A program made the position numbers and the translations under genes. A DNA stretch of 63,672 nucleotides, the filler included, from Octopus bimaculoides (taxonomy: Eukaryota): assembly GCF_001194135.2 (NCBI RefSeq). It is 6 parts of 6 records of this genome, joined end to end, with 100 filler letters (N's around TTAATTAATTAA, not from the genome) between each part and the next. Parts side by side here need not be neighbours in the genome. Positions count along the whole stretch, not along the records: positions 14,854 to 46,016 come from NC_068990.1; 5 more parts are not named here. One strand, 5' to 3'. Below the pieces are notes generated by a model. That model saw only the letters and a program-made list of their open reading frames with translations, was not told the DNA's origin and made no database searches. Below are positions 26,041 to 38,503 of this stretch, piece after piece; positions within the stretch are counted from its first letter, which is position 1, and each line of letters begins with the position of its first letter.

Positions 26041-26049
26041 TTTGCAAAA

Positions 26050-26665
26050 AATGGCAGTGAGTCGGTAGAAATGTTAGCACAAGAGTGGCTGTGTGGTAAG
26101 TAGCTTGCTTACCAACCACATGGTTCTGGGTTCAGTCCCACTGCATGGCACCTTGGGCAAGTGTCTTCTACTATAGCCTCGGGCCGACCAAAGCCTTGTG
26201 AGTGGATTTGGTAGACGGAAACTGAAAGAAGCCTGTCGTATATATGTATATATATATGTATGTGTGTTTGTGTGTCTGTGTTTGTCCCCCCAACATCGCT
26301 TGACAACCGATGGTGGTGTGTTTACATCCCCGTAACTTAGCGGTTCAGCAAAAGAGACTGATAGAATAAGTACTAGGCTTACAAAGAATAAGTCCTGGGG
26401 GTGATTTGCTCGACTAAAGGCGGTGCTCCAGCATGGCAGCAGTCAAATGACTGAAACAAGTAAAAGAGTAAAAGAGTAAAAGAATATTGGATTAAATGCT
26501 CAGCAGCATTTCATCCATCTTTATATTCCGAGATCAAATTCTACTGAGGTCAGCTTTGCCTTTCATCTCCTCCTAGGTCAATAAAATAAAGTACCAGCTG
26601 AGTACTGAGGTCGATGTGATCGACTTGCCCCTCCCCACAAAAACTGCTGGCCCTGTACCAAAAGT
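26050..26665 (+). mobile_element. SINE-B split by a SINE-A insertion
   Basis: Head GGCAGTGAGTCGGTAGAAATGTTAGC resumes after 26484 as AAATGCTCAGCAGCATTTC. Confidence 0.75.
26081..26484 (+). mobile_element. SINE-A, full length
   Basis: GAGTGGCTGTGTGGTAAG...GACTGAAACAAG(TAAAAGAG)2. Confidence 0.9.
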
Positions 26666-26938
26666 CTCTTTCTATTTTTCTTTCTCTTTCTTATTATCTT
26701 TATCATCACCATATCTAATGACTAATCAAAGTGTGTAGTAACGTATCCCAGAGAGTATCAAAAGTGAGTATTAGTATATCAGTGTATCGAGGTGAGTATC
26801 AATGCATCACAGGGAGTATCAGTGTGTAAACTCAATGAAAATATCACCATAGATATATCAGCTTAGACCTAATGTGCATCAACTCAAGTTTGTACACACA
26901 AAGAGTAGCAGTTATTTGTACATGCATATACACCTCAA

Positions 26939-26977
<39 letters not shown>

Positions 26978-27278
26978 TTTACATGCACTATGTATACACT
27001 ATGCACATGTAACTTGCTATATGTATGTACTTACATACTCATCACAGCATACAACACACACACACATACACATACATGTATACATATAACCTGTCAAATA
27101 TATATATCACAACATACGCTTATATATCACTTATATACTGACTATGTACATATGCTATATACATTATGTACATACACTATACACATGTACACACACACAT
27201 ACATACATACATAATACATATATGAATAATACATACATACATAATACATACTTACATACATACATACATAATACATAT

Positions 27279-27309
<31 letters not shown>

Positions 27310-28263
27310 CATACATAATACATACATAATACATACATGCATACATAAACTGTGATATGTACACACATACACGTTGCCACACACACTCAGAAACATATAT
27401 ATGTTCCCCATATACACATAATCATAACCACATCCACAAATATGCAGACATACACGCACGCACAAAAGCNNNNNNNNNNNNNNNNNNNNNNNNNNNNNNN
27501 NNNNNNNNNNNNNNNNNNNNNNNNNNNNNNNNNNNNNNNNNNNNNNNNNNNNNNNNNNNNNNNNNNNNNNNNNNNNNNNNNNNNNNNNNNNNNNNNNNNN
27601 NNNNNNNNNNNNNNNNNNNNNNNNNNNNNNNNNNNNNNNNNNNNNNNNNNNNNNNNNNNNNNNNNNNNNNNNNNNNNNNNNNNNNNNNNNNNNNNNNNNN
27701 NNNNNNNNNNNNNNNNNNNNNNNNNNNNNNNNNNNNNNNNNNNNNNNNNNNNNNNNNNNNNNNNNNNNNNNNNNNNNNNNNNNNNNNNNNNNNNNNNNNN
27801 NNNNNNNNNNNNNNNNNNNNNNNNNNNNNNNNNNNNNNNNNNNNNNNNNNNNNNNNNNNNNNNNNNNNNNNNCATAATCATAACCACATCCACAAATATG
27901 CAGACATACACGCACGCACAAAAGCGGAGAGCAAGGCTGGAAGGTTGGCTGAGAAATATTTTATGTCCGTCTTTGTAGATTTTACATTAATATTAGAGAA
28001 ATAAACCAGGCTAGTAGTGGGGGTGGGGTTAGGCTGATGGGTGATGAGAAAGGAGTGTGTAAGGTGAATAGTAGCAGTAGGGATTGGATGGGGAGGGGTA
28101 GGGGCAGAGCAGGGCAGGGTTCTTATTTCTTTAAGTGTCATGGAAAAGCTGTGGCCATAGAATGGACATTACCATTTTTATGTATTTATTTACTTTCATA
28201 TTTTCCATACGGCTTCTTTTCTTCAACTACATATATTTTTTTTTTTACATATTTTCTTTATAC

Positions 28264-28319
<56 letters not shown>

Positions 28320-28639
28320 CATTATTATTATTATTTTCTTTTTGCTTTCTTGTTTATTTCCTTTAATATTTATATTCTTCTCAAGAATCATTTATCATTT
28401 GAAATCTTTCCACACACAAAGGGATGGAAAAACAACAGTAGCAGCAGGAACAACAACAACAACAAAGCCTTCAATTACAACCACCATCATCACATCAATA
28501 GCAATGGCATATTTCGAAACAATAACAACAACAACAACAACAACATCAATAAAATCTCTAGTAATGGGAAGAACACCAACTACAACAACAACAATAGTAA
28601 TAGTCTTAATGATAGCTGCAGTAACACAGAGCATTGACA

Positions 28640-29409
28640 TGGTTGTATGACCTGCTAGAAATAGTTGCCAAATCACCTCATGCCTATCAGTTTTAAAAAA
28701 GATTATATTGCTTAAGATGTTCCTGGGTTTCTAACCATAAGGAAAATGCAGGATGGTCATGTCTAGAACGTCTTGGATTATAGGATTGTTGTATTAGAGT
28801 TAATTTGGATGTGGGAGCAAAGCAAACAATAACAACACCCCTATCGCCCAGAGGAAATCTTGCAAGCCAATGAGAGAGCCTCACTGGGCTCACTTGATCT
28901 GCAAGAATAGCAACCAAATCTATCTGAAATCACAGCCTATCAAATTATAAAAAAACAAAAAAACAAGAGTACATTGGATAATGTAATCCAGGTTACACTA
29001 TGCCTAGAAAAAAAGAAGAAAGGCTGATTATGATTGCAATATCTTTGATCATATATACACATACACACATATATACATACATACATACATACATACACAC
29101 ACACAGATCTAGGTTAGAAACAAGCTCTTTCTCTATTGGCAAGAAATCTTGAAATAAAACTGAATAATGACATACATACATAAATACATACATACATACA
29201 TATACATACATACATACATATACATATATACATACATACATATACATATATACATACATGATTTCCATTCTCACATCAAACAGAACACCTTGCAGTGTTT
29301 TATTAAATTCATATTTCATTCCTCAGTCGTCAACTAAATAAATTCCCCTAACATACTGCAGTTGTCTTAATTAACCATAATCCCGATTAACTATTCACCG
29401 ACCTGTGGT

Positions 29410-29440
<31 letters not shown>

Positions 29441-29895
29441 AAAGAACACATACACTATCATCAAAATCGACATCTATATCATCACCATCACCAATACCAT
29501 TGGGATGAGCCAAAGGGGAAGCCCGCTAGAAATAGCAGCTGAATCTCCTTCATATAGCACACCATCACTTTAGTTAAGAACTCATTGAATAATACAGGTC
29601 TGGGTTCCTTTCACAGAGGTAAAAAGAAAGATTTGGTCCTGTCTGGAATGCATTTGGTCTTAATGGTGCTTGATCAGGACTGATCTGGACAAAACAACAA
29701 CAGCCAATCTGGTCAACAAAGCAGCTCTTACATGATTGCTCACTCTGTTAAAAATAACAGTCAAATCTCAAAGAAAAATACTAAGATGATAGGATGGTCA
29801 TGTTTGGAACATATTTATTGTAAGTTTGCTCAATCAGGGTTGACCTAGGTCTATACAACAACAATAATAACAACAACAATAATAACAACAACAAA
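28640..29895 (+). mobile_element. Cluster of four repeat-G fragments
   Basis: AATAGC..CCAAATCT-type motif near 28655, 28902, 29525, 29748; three fragments end in (CAA)n. Confidence 0.6.
29100..29175 (+). mobile_element. Repeat-F fragment
   Basis: GATCTAGGTTAGAAAC..CTATTGGCAAGAAATCTTGAAATAAA, also at 61.4 kb and 56.8 kb (minus). Confidence 0.6.
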
Positions 29896-31605
29896 AGGCA
29901 ACGTTCTCCTACCCCCCATTGATATTCCTATCTCCATCGCCATCATCAGCACTGCAAACAAACAAACAAAAAAAGATGATGTCCCCCAACTGTCAACAAA
30001 AAAATAAAGACAACACCACCACCACCAACAACAACAACAACAACACAAACAACAAATGCATGCATATTTCTGTGCAAATATATATTTGTTTGTATATGCA
30101 GGTATGTGTGTATATGTGTCTGCGTTTGTGTGTGTATGTTAATGTATGTGTTACAATTGTTTATCACTTCTATATATCTTCCTCATCCCACTACCTCCCC
30201 TCTCCCTCCTTCCCTTCCTCCCTCCCTCTCTCCGCCAACTCCTTTCTTCCCTTCTTCTTGTTGATGTCCAGTAAGTGTAGTAGGCTTTAATGGTCAGTTA
30301 CAACACATAAATCATTTGACCACCACCAACAAATCATCCACTGCGTCCAGAATTTATAATTCCAAATTGGTTTGGGTGGGGCTGGTGGGAGCTGGACAGA
30401 ACAAGGCAGGGCAGGGCTAGGGAGGACTAGACAGGGCGATGTAACTCTGTACAAATCCATAGAAAGAGATAAATATATACAGAGAGAAGTAGACAGGCAG
30501 AGAGAGAGAGAGAGAGAGACAGAGAGAGAGCATAAGGGTTACTTGCTTTTTCTAATGTGTTCCCTTCTGTCTACCTACTTCCATTCATCTAGGGACCCCA
30601 TTGATTTTTTTTAAGGGTTTCTTTTTCTTGTTCTATTTATATTTTTTGTTTTGCATATGTATTTATCTTCTTTCTTTATCTTGACGTCCTCAAATACTGT
30701 CTTGCTCTTTGCATTGTAAATGCACATGCATGCACATACATTAATATACAGATATATTATACACACATGCCTGTGTGCAGGCTTACATGCAATTGTCATG
30801 TACATTATGGTGACAGACACATCATTCAGTATAGATAGAAATGCAGAGACGCACATGCTTTCAAGTTTATACATACATACATGCGTGATGATCATGCAAT
30901 ATGCATACATTAATAAATATTCAGATATATGCATGCAGGCATGTAGACACATGCAAACAAACGTGCATACTGTATACATACACATACATGCATTCTCATG
31001 CACATTGTAATATTTACACACATGCATACATACTCACACATACATAGATGAGAGATAGACAAACAAATTTATGTGTGTGTATACACATATATATACATAC
31101 ATACATATCATATATATATATATATATATGTATACATATATATATGTATATATATAAATGTGTGCGTGTATGTATACATACATATATATATATATGTATA
31201 TATAGTAATATTTTTCTTACGAAACACATAGACTGCATAAAAGTGCTCAAGTCAAACCTGAGATGTTAGACAAGTATAATAAATGAAATGGAATGTATAT
31301 GCACCAACTCTATTGCAGACTTTTATGTGCACTCAAAGCTTGTACCTATATATACAAAATATACTTACACACACTGCTATATACACATATTGTGTGATAT
31401 ATGTACATGTACACATACACATATGTATACATTTGCACTCAAGGATATATAAGCATACATATTCTTTTATGCTTTACAGCTCTCAATCATTGGACGTTGT
31501 CCACTCTGGTGTACTAGTCTCACAGATTTTTGGTGGAAAAAAGACCACAAAAATATCTAGCAATCTGGTATATATTTTGCCTTTCAATATTTGCCAATTT
31601 CTTAA

Positions 31606-31849
31606 GGAAGAAACGTTAGCAAGTCAGGTGAAATACTTAGCAGTATTTTGTCCGTCTTTATGGTCTGAGTTCAAATCCCGCCAAGGTCAACTTTGCCTTT
31701 CAGTTTCCGTCAACCAAATCCACTCACAAGGCTTTAGTCGGCCTAAGGCTATAGTAGAAGACACATGCCCAAGGTATCACGCAGTGGGACTGAACTCAGA
31801 ACCTTGTGGTTGGTTAGCAAGCTACTTACCACACAGCCACTCCTGTGCC
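31606..31849. mobile_element. SINE-B(+)/SINE-A(-) chimera
   Basis: The two families join at a shared CTTTCA (31697-31702). Confidence 0.8.
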
Positions 31850-32030
31850 TTCTTCATAAAGAAAACAGCCCAAGTGAATTTCAAAATATAAAGTTCATCT
31901 TGTTTAGTCGGTTAGCTTTGCCATGTGGACTGTATACATATCATATATCTATATATAAGCATTTTGTCTGATACACTAGCAATTCTGACNNNNNNNNNNN
32001 NNNNNNNNATAATAATAATAATAATAATAA

Positions 32031-32359
32031 CATCATAGCCATGTGTTGAGAGGAATTCTTTAGGGTTTGAATAATTCGCCTTTGGAAACAAGGGTGTTTT
32101 GCTCAACATCCTTAAACAAACCTTATTCAGGGACCTTTTGAGCAGAATGGGCTACTCAACCTGAAGAAAATTCTAACTGGGCCCCACCTGCGAGGTCATG
32201 CACTGTTTATCGTGATATGAGATCACCATGATGCGCACATATGGTTGTGATGCATGTGCCTGGTGTACCCTTATCAGACGGGTAGTCATGATGGGTATAA
32301 TGGGCTTCGTATATTTTACCCCAGTGTCACTTTGATGGCATGCACTGCTCTCTCACTCA
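32031..32359. mobile_element. Probable interspersed element flanked by (AAT)n on both sides
   Basis: GC-richer ~330-bp block between (AAT)n at 32009-32030 and 32359-32376. Only one copy in the window. Confidence 0.45.
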
Positions 32360-32376
32360 ATAATAATAATAATAAT

Positions 32377-32590
32377 GGTTTCAAATTTTAGCACAAGGCC
32401 AGCAGTTTCGGTGGGCAGGAGATGAGTCAAATGCATCGACCCCAGTGCTCAAGTGCTACTTGTTTTATCGACTCAGAAGGGATGAAAGGCAAAGCTGACC
32501 TCATCAGAATTTGAACTCAAAACGCAAAGACAGATAAATGCCAATAAGCATTTTCACAGACATGTTAATGATTCGGCCAGTTCACTGCCT
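32377..32590 (-). mobile_element. SINE-B
   Basis: GGTTTCAAATTTTAGCACAAGGCC...GATGAAAGGCAAAG...ATTTGAACTC. Confidence 0.8.
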
Positions 32591-33051
32591 TCTTCATAAT
32601 AATAATGATGATGATGATGATGACAAGGACAATGATGACAACGATGACAGTGACGATGATGACGAGGATTGTTATAATTTAGCAAAAAGGGAAACAGCTG
32701 ATTAAGCAGACCCAACAGTTGTTAGCTGGTACTTATATATTATCCACTTCTGACAGAGAAATAGTAAAAATAAATCATTCTTTATTGGATTTAAACTTTG
32801 ATTGTAAATGGATATAACCAAATACCACAAGGCATTTCATTCAGTAATCTATCGTCATCCTATCACCATTCTTTCATCACCTTTTCACTACCTTATGACT
32901 ACATTTCTATCACCTGCCAACACCCGTACATCATTTTGTTACTGTCTTGCCACTACCCTTTCACCACTGTATTGTCACCCTGTGACCACTCTACCTGCAC
33001 CAATAAATAAACAGTAATAGAAACAACAACAATAATAATAATAATAATAAT

Positions 33052-33121
<70 letters not shown>

Positions 33122-34031
33122 GATGACAAATGAATGAAGAGTAAAGAATAAAGAGAGAAGCATTGGAAAAGTAGAGGAAGGATATAAATACTGACAAGAA
33201 TGAATCAGTTATTCTGACTGGACATTGGGCAGTATGGGGTGAAGAAGGGGGGCTGGAGGAGAGCAAAAAAAAGACTGGACCAATAAAAAAAAAAAAAAAA
33301 NNNNNNNNNNAAAAAAAAAAAAAAAAAAAGATACAAAAAAAAAAGCTAGAAATATATAACATATTGTGAGGAAAATCTAATTACAAAAAATATGGCGGAA
33401 ACAAATAAGGAATGGCTGACCGAGTTCTGTTCCAAGTTGGCAATATTTGGGGTTGTTTAAAGTAAGAATTAAGTGATGAAATATGGTCAAGAAATATATA
33501 TTTGGTGTAACTGAATGCTGGACACTGTATGGTGATCTGTGTTGGTCATAAATGTCATACACAGAAGTAATGGGCAGGGAAACTCTAAAATAGAATCAAG
33601 AAGGAGAGTAATGATGTATGGTGGTAGTATTGCTTGCTATTGGTTTTGTTGGTGGTGTTAATGTTGCTAGTGTATGTGTTACTGTTGCTGTGGTGTTAGT
33701 GGAGTGTTCGTGTTGTTGTTGTTGTTGCTGTTGTTGTTGCTGTTGTTGTTGCCATTGCATGCAGCATGATGTTTTGTTATTACTTTTTCATTGTTCTAAT
33801 ATATGGTCCTAGCTTCTGGTGTATATTCTGTGACAAATTACATTTGTAAATATACCTCATATACACATCTAGATGCATATATCCATCATTCTGTGTGCAT
33901 GAGTAGTGTGTATATACATACACACACACACATGCACACGCACATATAATATGTATGTATATAATATGTATATATATGTGTGTGTGTATATGATAATATA
34001 TATGCATATGTACACACAAAATATATATATA

Positions 34032-34091
<60 letters not shown>

Positions 34092-34510
34092 ATTTTCTTT
34101 CTGTGTTTGTTGCATTTGTGTGTGCATGACTATGTATCTAAATATCTATATCTAATCTATCTTTCTATACACACACACTCACATGTATACACACACACAC
34201 ACACACTTTTCCCATCTCCCTGAATAACAACCTCAAAAATCATCCTCCAGTGGGATTGTGCCAGTCTGGTTTCCATCAACAGCACAAAAGCACAATCACG
34301 GCTCATCTCAAAATAACACTATTCCTCCCTCCCATCCACCATTAAGCACACATGGTATATACCTAGAACACTCAAACTCACTAGCAATGCTAAGCATCAC
34401 CATTACTCAGTGGCCTCTCAATACTCAATTGCATCCCAAAACTGGCTTTTCTATTTAGGGCCAAAAATGCTTCAATTTCCATCAACCATCTACTACCATT
34501 CTTCAGTGTA

Positions 34511-34680
34511 GGGGCATGGCTTTGTGGTTAGAGTATTGGACTTGTTATCCTAAGATTGTGGTTTCAATTCCTGGAGCAGGCAATGCATTGCGTTCCTGAG
34601 CAAAACACTTCATTACACACTGCTCCCATCTATTCAGTAACCCTGTGATGGACCAGTGTCTCATCCAGAGAGGAATATAT
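34511..34680 (+). mobile_element. SINE-C-like head
   Basis: GGGGCATGGCTTTGTGGTTAGAG...GGTTTCAATTCC...CCTGAGCAAAACACTT. Confidence 0.6.
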
Positions 34681-34682
34681 GA

Positions 34683-34845
34683 ATGCAGGCATGGTTGTGT
34701 GGTAAGAAACTTGCTTCCTGACTACACTGTTCCAGGTTCAGTCCTACTGCATGCTACATTAGATGTTTTCTACTATGGCTTCGGGTCAGTCAAAGCCTTG
34801 GGAGTTGATTCGGTAGATGGAAACTGAAAGAAGATCATTGAATAT
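34683..34845 (+). mobile_element. SINE-A 5' half
   Basis: GGTTGTGTGGTAAGAAACTTGC...GGAAACTGAAAGAAG. Confidence 0.7.
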
Positions 34846-35019
34846 ATATAGTGTATATATATAGTGTAACAATGTTAGATTGCTTGTGCTCTGCTGTTAG
34901 TTCAATACTCCATGGCAGAACTGTGAATAGTAGTTTCGGAAATTGAAAACAAATATTCTCTACAGGACCAACATTGTTTCTTCATTTTTTTTCTGGTATA
35001 TAAATCTATATAAACTATA

Positions 35020-35158
35020 GGTGGCTGTAGCTTCCCAACCACATGGTTCCAAGTTCAGTCCCACTGAATGGCGCCTTGGTCAAGTGTCATATACTATAGC
35101 CTTGGGCTGACCAAAGCCTTGTGAGTGGTTTTGGTAGATGGAAACTGAAAGAAGCCCA

Positions 35159-35253
<95 letters not shown>

Positions 35254-35470
35254 CACATATATATTTGTGTTTGTCCCTCTGCCATTGCTTGACAATCGAT
35301 GATGGTGTATTTATGTTCTTGCAAATTAGTAGCTTGGCAAAAAGAGACCAATAGAATAAGCTAGGCTCACAAACAATATGTCCTGATGTCAATTTCTTTG
35401 ACTATAATCCTTCAAGGCAGTGCTCCATCATGGCCACAGCCAATTGACTGAAGCAAGTAAAAAAGAAAGA
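35020..35470 (+). mobile_element. SINE-A
   Basis: Head with a small deletion, long (TA)n(TG)n, 3' body. Confidence 0.85.
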
Positions 35471-35657
35471 ATATGTACATGCATATATTTGTGTAGAACA
35501 ATTTAAATTGCATGACATATAACCAGTATTTAAAACTCCATGTGCTGCCTGATACATCAAAAGTGAAAAAAATCTCAGCTGTTATAGTTCGTGTTTCATT
35601 CTGCAGATAGTTAGCAATACCTGAATCTGATGAAGTGAAGACTTAGAAAAAACTTAC

Positions 35658-35692
35658 CTGGGAAGGACTGCGTAATCCACCCATAATATTCA
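35658..35692 (-). CDS. Candidate 35-nt exon, product unknown
   Basis: tgtgtttcag|TGAATA...CCCAG|gtaagt in unique sequence. Two frames are open (EYYGWITQSFP or NIMGGLRSPSQ). Confidence 0.3.
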
Positions 35693-35891
35693 CTGAAACA
35701 CATGTAAGCTGGCATAATGAAATCAATTATGAACTAACTCTTTAGTTCTGCCTTTTTCATATATACATATATATATATATACATACATATATATATATAT
35801 ANNNNNNNNNNNNNNNNNNNNNNNNNNNNNNNNNNNNNNNNNNNNNNNNNNNNNNNNNNNNNNNNNNNNNNNNNNNNNNNNNNNNNNNNNN

Positions 35892-35923
<32 letters not shown>

Positions 35924-35982
35924 ATACATACATACATGTGTGTATGAGCATGTGTGTGTATGTGTATGTACATGTGATTGTG

Positions 35983-36022
<40 letters not shown>

Positions 36023-36899
36023 TACAAAAAACACATTTACATTTATATATAATCAATGTACACACACCTATGCACATATATGACTCACATTTTGGTACAA
36101 ATCCCCTGTGTATATCTTTACAAGAAAAAATACAAATTAAAAATAATAAAAAAAAAAGATGAAAATCCCCAACTGATTCCAAAATAAGCCTCAGATTCTT
36201 AATTTAAAAGTTATCTCAGTTATTCTGGATAATCAACATTTACTTAATTCTCCCTACACCATATCACTAATTACAGCTTCGTTACACGATCAATAATCAT
36301 TTTAACAACACTTTCCTCAATTCCATAAAATTTACTGCTTACTTCGTAGTAAATTAATTTCACTGTTACAATGCTAGGACAGGAAAGGAAAAAACAAAAA
36401 AACAAAACTGCCTATTCAATAAAATTAAAAACCTTTAAATTTGTCACATTATTTAACTTTTAACCATTGCATTTAAATTAAATTTATTGTGTAAACTAAC
36501 ACATTTAGCAGGAGATAAATACCAAAATGAAACAAATTGATAGGGTTCTTTTGTTTTCTGTTTTGTTTTGTACATGTGTTAGTACTGTAATGTATTTTAA
36601 ATTTTTCTCTGTGACAAAATATGGCAGCGGTTTTAAATCAAATCAGTGACTATTCGGGCTATTTATTAAATTTTTGTGTTGGAAGATTTAATCTTTGCAG
36701 AAAAATCTCTCCAGTACTTCCATTATGTTGAAACCAGTTTCACACTCTGCCGTTAAAGTGGCCACTCTTTCTTTTTCTCTGGTTCTCTCTCTCTTTCCCT
36801 TCCTCTGTCTGTATCTTTGTTCGTTCTTCCTTTCTCTCTCAGTCTTTCTACCTCTCTCTTATTAATTTCTGACAGGTGTGAGCTAACAAGGGATTCTCT

Positions 36900-37082
36900 T
36901 CATGACCACTGGCATGCTAGAAATAGAAGCCAAATCTTCCTCAAATTGCACCCTCATAAAAAAATGGTATGCTAGATAATATAGTTCTAGGTTTCCTGCA
37001 CATATGATGGTAATAGCTAGAATCTTTTTGATTAGAGGCTTGCTAGATCAAGTTTAACCTAAGGCAAAACAACAACAACATT
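36900..37082 (+). mobile_element. Repeat-G fragment
   Basis: GCTAGAAATAGAAGCCAAATCT...GGCAAAA(CAA)n. Confidence 0.6.
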
Positions 37083-37149
37083 ACTAACTGGTTGTAAACA
37101 TTTGAGAATATTTTGCTATTTTGATATTCTAGAGTCGTGAAATTGAAAT

Positions 37150-37462
37150 TGAATTAAATTCGACGACTGGCACCCATGCCAACGTTGTCTCCTTCATTGG
37201 AAACGAAACTCGGCTTGCAAAAAAGCGAAACCGTCAATGGGCTTGTGAAGACTTATTGGGGCAAGCAAAAGCGAAACCGTCAATGGCACCTGTGCCCAGC
37301 ATTGCCTTCATGGCACGTGTAAAGACATTTGAGCGAGATCGTTGCTAGTGCCGCCGAACTGGCTCCTGTGCAGGTGGCAGGTAAAATACACCATTTTGAG
37401 TGTGGCCGTTGCCAGTACCGCCTGATTGGCCTTCGTGCTGGTGGCACGTAAAAGCACCCACT
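37150..37462 (+). mobile_element. RTE 3' UTR upstream part with unamplified 62-bp units
   Basis: TTTGAGCGAGATCGTTGCTAGTGCC..ACTGGCTCCTGTGC is the reverse complement of the 3.1-4.1 kb unit; ends GTAAAAGCACCCACT. Confidence 0.8.
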
Positions 37463-37835
37463 NNNNNNNNNNNNNNNNNNNNNNNNNNNNNNNNNNNNNN
37501 NNNNNNNNNNNNNNNNNNNNNNNNNNNNNNNNNNNNNNNNNNNNNNNNNNNNNNNNNNNNNNNNNNNNNNNNNNNNNNNNNNNNNNNNNNNNNNNNNNNN
37601 NNNNNNNNNNNNNNNNNNNNNNNNNNNNNNNNNNNNNNNNNNNNNNNNNNNNNNNNNNNNNNNNNNNNNNNNNNNNNNNNNNNNNNNNNNNNNNNNNNNN
37701 NNNNNNNNNNNNNNNNNNNNNNNNNNNNNNNNNNNNNNNNNNNNNNNNNNNNNNNNNNNNNNNNNNNNNNNNNNNNNNNNNNNNNNNNNNNNNNNNNNNN
37801 NNNNNNNNNNNNNNNNNNNNNNNNNNNNNNNNNNT

Positions 37836-38078
37836 TATCATTTAATATCCTCCTTTCATGCTGGTATGGGTGGGATGGATTGCCAGGAGCTGGCAAGTCG
37901 GTTTCCTAACATTGGATGTTCTTCCTAATGTCAACCACTTTACAGAGTGGTTGACATTAGGAAGGGCATCCAGCCATAAAGACTATGCCAAAACAGACAG
38001 AGAAACCTGGTGCAGTCTTCTGCCTGGCTAGCTCTTAGCAAACCATCCAACCCATGCTAGCATGAAAGGAAAATGTTG
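37836..38078. mobile_element. Two old RTE-type tails joined head-to-head
   Basis: Perfect 19-bp inverted repeat 37921-37939 / 37946-37964 at the junction. Confidence 0.7.
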
Positions 38079-38089
38079 TATGAGGAATA

Positions 38090-38503
38090 GGCATAGGAGT
38101 GACTGTAGGGTAAGTAGCTTATTTACGAACCACATGGTTCCGGGTTCAATCCCACTGTGTGGCACCTTGGGCAAGTGTCTTCTACTATAGCCTGGGGCTG
38201 ACCAAAGCCTTGTGAGTGGATTTGGTAGACGGAAACTGAAAGAAGCCCGTCGTATATATATATGTATATATATATGTATGTGTGTGTATATGTTTGTGTC
38301 TCTGTGTTTGTCCCCCCAACATCGCTTGACAACTGATGGTGGTGTGTTTACGTCCCCGTAACTTAGTGGTTCGGCAAAAGAGACTGATAGAATAAGTACT
38401 AGGCTTACAAAGAATAAGTCCAGGGGTTGATTTCTTGGACTAAAAGGTTGTGCTCCAGCATGGTCACAGTCAAATGACTGAAACAAGTAAAAGAGAAAAG
38501 AGT
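38090..38503 (+). mobile_element. SINE-A, full length
   Basis: Head to AAACAAGTAAAAGAGAAAAGAG. Confidence 0.9.

Noticed and set aside
27413-27925. Identical ~53-bp sequence on both sides of the gap 27470-27872
   Set aside because: Most simply an unmerged contig overlap; cannot be called a biological repeat without reads.
33391-33465. AAAATATGGCGG start-like context (similar one near 36626)
   Set aside because: The ORFs close after 22 and 38 codons, with no other promoter or homology support.
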